DNA from: an uncultured Verrucomicrobiae bacterium
Lineage (GTDB): Bacteria > Verrucomicrobiota > Verrucomicrobiia > Chthoniobacterales > UBA10450
DNA length: 64,000 bases
NCBI GenBank assembly: GCA_963824205.1
Contig: CAWGOG010000004.1
Coordinates: 149,934 to 213,933 of the forward strand
Direction of reading: 5' to 3'
Shown here: positions 61,737-64,000 of the stretch, piece by piece
Position numbering within the stretch: the first letter of the stretch is position 1
Layout of the letters: the number at the start of each line of letters is the position of its first letter
Program-made: the position numbers and the translations under genes
The notes under the pieces: generated by a model
The model's input: the letters and a program-made list of their open reading frames with translations, nothing else
Told to the model about the DNA's origin: nothing
Database searches by the model: none

Positions 61737-63425
61737 TTGCATAATATCCTCAAAAGCTTTCTTCTCACGATCCTGGCGTTGTCCGTGTGCGCGGCAAGAG
61801 ACCCAGATGTTCAACAGGTAGCCTTCGCAGGTTTTGGTACGGCAGCGCAAAAGGCAGGGAGAGCCGGCGCGGAAAAGGAAAAGCGAGGCGATCTTGCGGG
61901 GGCCTTGGCCGATTTTAACCGGGCGATCGAATTAGATCCAAAACTAGCGCCTGCATACGCGGATCGCGGCGTGGTTGAAATGAAGCAGCAAAATTTTGAT
62001 GCCGCGCTCAAGGATCTCGACCGGGCCATCCAGATTCAGCCTTCACTAAAAGACGTGTTCTACGTCCGCGGCACCATCAAGCGCCTTAAGCACGACTATG
62101 ATGGTGCGATTGAGGACTATAACGTCGCGCTACGAGAAGATGCGGCCGACACGCGTGTTCTTCTTGATCGCGGACTGGCATGGACACAAAAGCATAATTA
62201 CGACAGGGCTATTGCCGATTTCGACCGAATTCTGTCAATGACTCCTGGAGACTCCAAGGCACTCGTTAACCGAGCGGAGGCGGACCTGCAGAAAAAAGAC
62301 ATTGAGACCGCGGGGTCCGATATTCGGCGCGCCTTGGAACTCGATCCGAAAAGCGCCAGAGCCCATGGCCTTCGAAGCATGCTTGAGCTTCGTAAGGGCG
62401 ACCTGGACGCGGCGCTGGCAGAGGCGAATCGCAGCATCGAACTTGATCCGAAGCTGGCGGTCGCACGCTATCAACACGGCGTGGTGCAGTTGCGAAGAGG
62501 AGACGTGAACGCAGCCTGGTCGGATGAGGCACAGGCAATTCAGTTAGATTCCAGACTTGCAGGCGCGTGGGTGGTACGCGCGCAAATCAACGTTCGCGAG
62601 GGCGATTACGAAGACGCATTATCCGATTGCAACCGCGCGGTGGCGGTCAATCCAACGTACCCGGGAGGGTTTTTCGAGCGCGGCGCGGTCGAGGTGCATC
62701 TCGGCAATTTCGCGGCGGCAAATAGCGACGTTGACCGAGTATTGTCCCTGCTTCCAAGGATGGCCGAGGCCTACAATCTCCGCGGGACAATTAAGCGGCT
62801 TAGTGGCGATGCTGATGGCGCACGGAAGGAGAATACTCACGCCTTGGAAATCGATCCCAAGGATGCTGGAGCGCACCGCAGGATTGGAAATCAGCTCTTT
62901 GCGGAGGGGCGTTACTCCGAAGCTCTGCGCGAGTTTCACCAGGCGCTTCAACTGGGCCCGGGTGATTCCGGCTACCTCAGGCTGTCCATCTGGATAACAC
63001 GCTGCCGATTGGGAGAGCAGGATGGTGCGACGCTGGAGCTCAGAGAGTACCTCGAGAGAAATCGGAATCGACTGCCGTTTGATTGGACGAGCCGACTCGT
63101 TGCTTTCGTCTGCGGCGAAACGACCGAGGCGGATTTGCTCGAGGGTGCGAACGATTCAACAGGCAAAGCGGAACATCAGCCTAACAAACCAAACTGGTTT
63201 CAAATGAAACAGGCCGCGGGAATCACTCATAGGCACGGCGTTAACACCGGAAGGCTGTGCGAAGCGTGGTTCTACGCCGGAGCAAAACGCCTGAGCACGG
63301 GAGACCGCGACGGAGCGCTTCAACTCTTTGAGAAATGTATCGGGACAAACCAGCGCAGCTTTGTCGAGTACCAGATGGCGACGGCTGAGATTAAGGAGAT
63401 TTCTTCACCGCAACCCGTCCCCTAA
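61737..63425 (+). CDS. Secreted tetratricopeptide (TPR) repeat protein
   Basis: The 562-aa ORF has a signal peptide (MHNILKSFLLTILALSVCAA). About 12 34-residue repeats follow, with the TPR consensus (A..F..AIELDPK.A.AY..RG). Confidence 0.8.
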   Translation: MHNILKSFLLTILALSVCAARDPDVQQVAFAGFGTAAQKAGRAGAEKEKRGDLAGALADFNRAIELDPKLAPAYADRGVVEMKQQNFDAALKDLDRAIQIQPSLKDVFYVRGTIKRLKHDYDGAIEDYNVALREDAADTRVLLDRGLAWTQKHNYDRAIADFDRILSMTPGDSKALVNRAEADLQKKDIETAGSDIRRALELDPKSARAHGLRSMLELRKGDLDAALAEANRSIELDPKLAVARYQHGVVQLRRGDVNAAWSDEAQAIQLDSRLAGAWVVRAQINVREGDYEDALSDCNRAVAVNPTYPGGFFERGAVEVHLGNFAAANSDVDRVLSLLPRMAEAYNLRGTIKRLSGDADGARKENTHALEIDPKDAGAHRRIGNQLFAEGRYSEALREFHQALQLGPGDSGYLRLSIWITRCRLGEQDGATLELREYLERNRNRLPFDWTSRLVAFVCGETTEADLLEGANDSTGKAEHQPNKPNWFQMKQAAGITHRHGVNTGRLCEAWFYAGAKRLSTGDRDGALQLFEKCIGTNQRSFVEYQMATAEIKEISSPQPVP

Positions 63426-63440
63426 CGAACGATCGGCGCC

Positions 63441-63725
63441 CTAGGCGGCGCGATCGCACACGCGCTGGCCACAGGCCGGGCAGGTTTCGGCGCCCTGGCG
63501 GTCGACCGTGAGAAGCTCGGGCGGCCAGCAACGCGGACAGACATGAAATCCGAGCTCTCCGGCGAGCGTCGCTTTGGCGACGCGAAGATCATTTTCCGCA
63601 TCGATGAGGGCGCGCTTGATATTTGCCGTGCCATTTTTCCCCGGCAAATCTCGCGCGATTGAAGCAAGCTTCTCCGAGACGAGCGTGACGGTGAGAAGCG
63701 TGGAGTGAAGAGCGTCGATATCCAT
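63441..63725 (-). CDS. Hypothetical small protein with C-terminal CxxC...CxxC zinc ribbon
   Basis: The 94-aa ORF contains CPRCWPP...CPACGQRVC. No other evidence supports it. Confidence 0.35.
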   Translation of the reverse strand: MDIDALHSTLLTVTLVSEKLASIARDLPGKNGTANIKRALIDAENDLRVAKATLAGELGFHVCPRCWPPELLTVDRQGAETCPACGQRVCDRAA

Positions 63726-64000
63726 GTCTAAAGATTAAACCGCGCTTGTGTCGATTCGGTTGCGGTTGGATAACGCTTTTGTGAAATCGGGTTGTGAATA
63801 ACTTTGGGGGGCGAGCGTGAAAAAACCTGGCTCAGGATGACAGAGCTCCGGGATCCAAAGGAAAACGCCGGGAGTTGTCTCTCTCCCGGCGTTGGCGATC
63901 AACACCCTGACACCCTGTTTATCGAACTCTCCTTACCTGAAGATTATTGTGAGCGGCGACGATTACGCCAACCTGAACAATCTGTCGGGCGAGGAATTAC

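Overview
This is a 64 kb GC-rich window (about 60% GC) from a soil-type Verrucomicrobiota genome. The phylum call rests on the 16S rRNA gene at 54653-56217, which carries the Verrucomicrobia-type signatures CCTACGGGTGGCAGCAG and GAATTTTTCTCAATGGGGG. Taken together, the window reads as a cell-envelope sensing and surface-protein accessory region wrapped around an unlinked 16S gene.

The first 14.4 kb is the main item. It holds a head-to-tail array of eight paralogous genes, five of them joined by 4-bp ATGA/GTGA stop-start overlaps. Each encodes a TolB-N-like domain (KSIAVLPFxNLSxD...VISRTS...LEGSVQ) followed by TPR repeats. The N-terminal head is either a conserved 3-helix membrane anchor (FFAELKRRNVYKVAVAY...) or a class-III nucleotide-cyclase-like domain. 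Two further copies lie elsewhere: 23483-25507 on the + strand and 35331-37484 on the - strand. The minus-strand copy has a fully canonical cyclase head and sits directly downstream of a PadR regulator and an ADOP-type MacB/FtsX permease.

Immediately after the array comes a roughly 1600-aa Gly/Asn-rich (GGNGG) autotransporter with a collagen-like N-terminus and a C-terminal beta-barrel. Three collagen-like (GXY) proteins with BclA/C1q-like C-terminal domains sit at 43113-44706 and 50202-51179.

The rest of the window includes a possible operon of flotillin, ABM monooxygenase, a 4x zinc-ribbon protein, a BBE-like FAD oxidase and a SnoaL-like protein (27252-33104). It also carries several SAM methyltransferases and redox enzymes, a LysR regulator, an outer-membrane beta-barrel protein, a His-rich small secreted protein, an MFS transporter, a papain-family C1 peptidase and a large TPR protein.

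The 16S gene has its own terminator and no 23S or spacer tRNAs downstream. A tRNA-Ala(TGC) sits 4 kb further on and is followed by about 2.5 tandem 170-bp repeats that each begin with the tRNA 3' end. A small REP-like palindromic element (GGGAAGCT-NNN-AGCTTCCCCTACAAA) occurs at least four times, once as an in-frame inverted pair inside a coding region. Many otherwise conserved genes carry single-nucleotide frameshifts, so sequencing indel error and real pseudogenisation cannot be told apart from this sequence alone.
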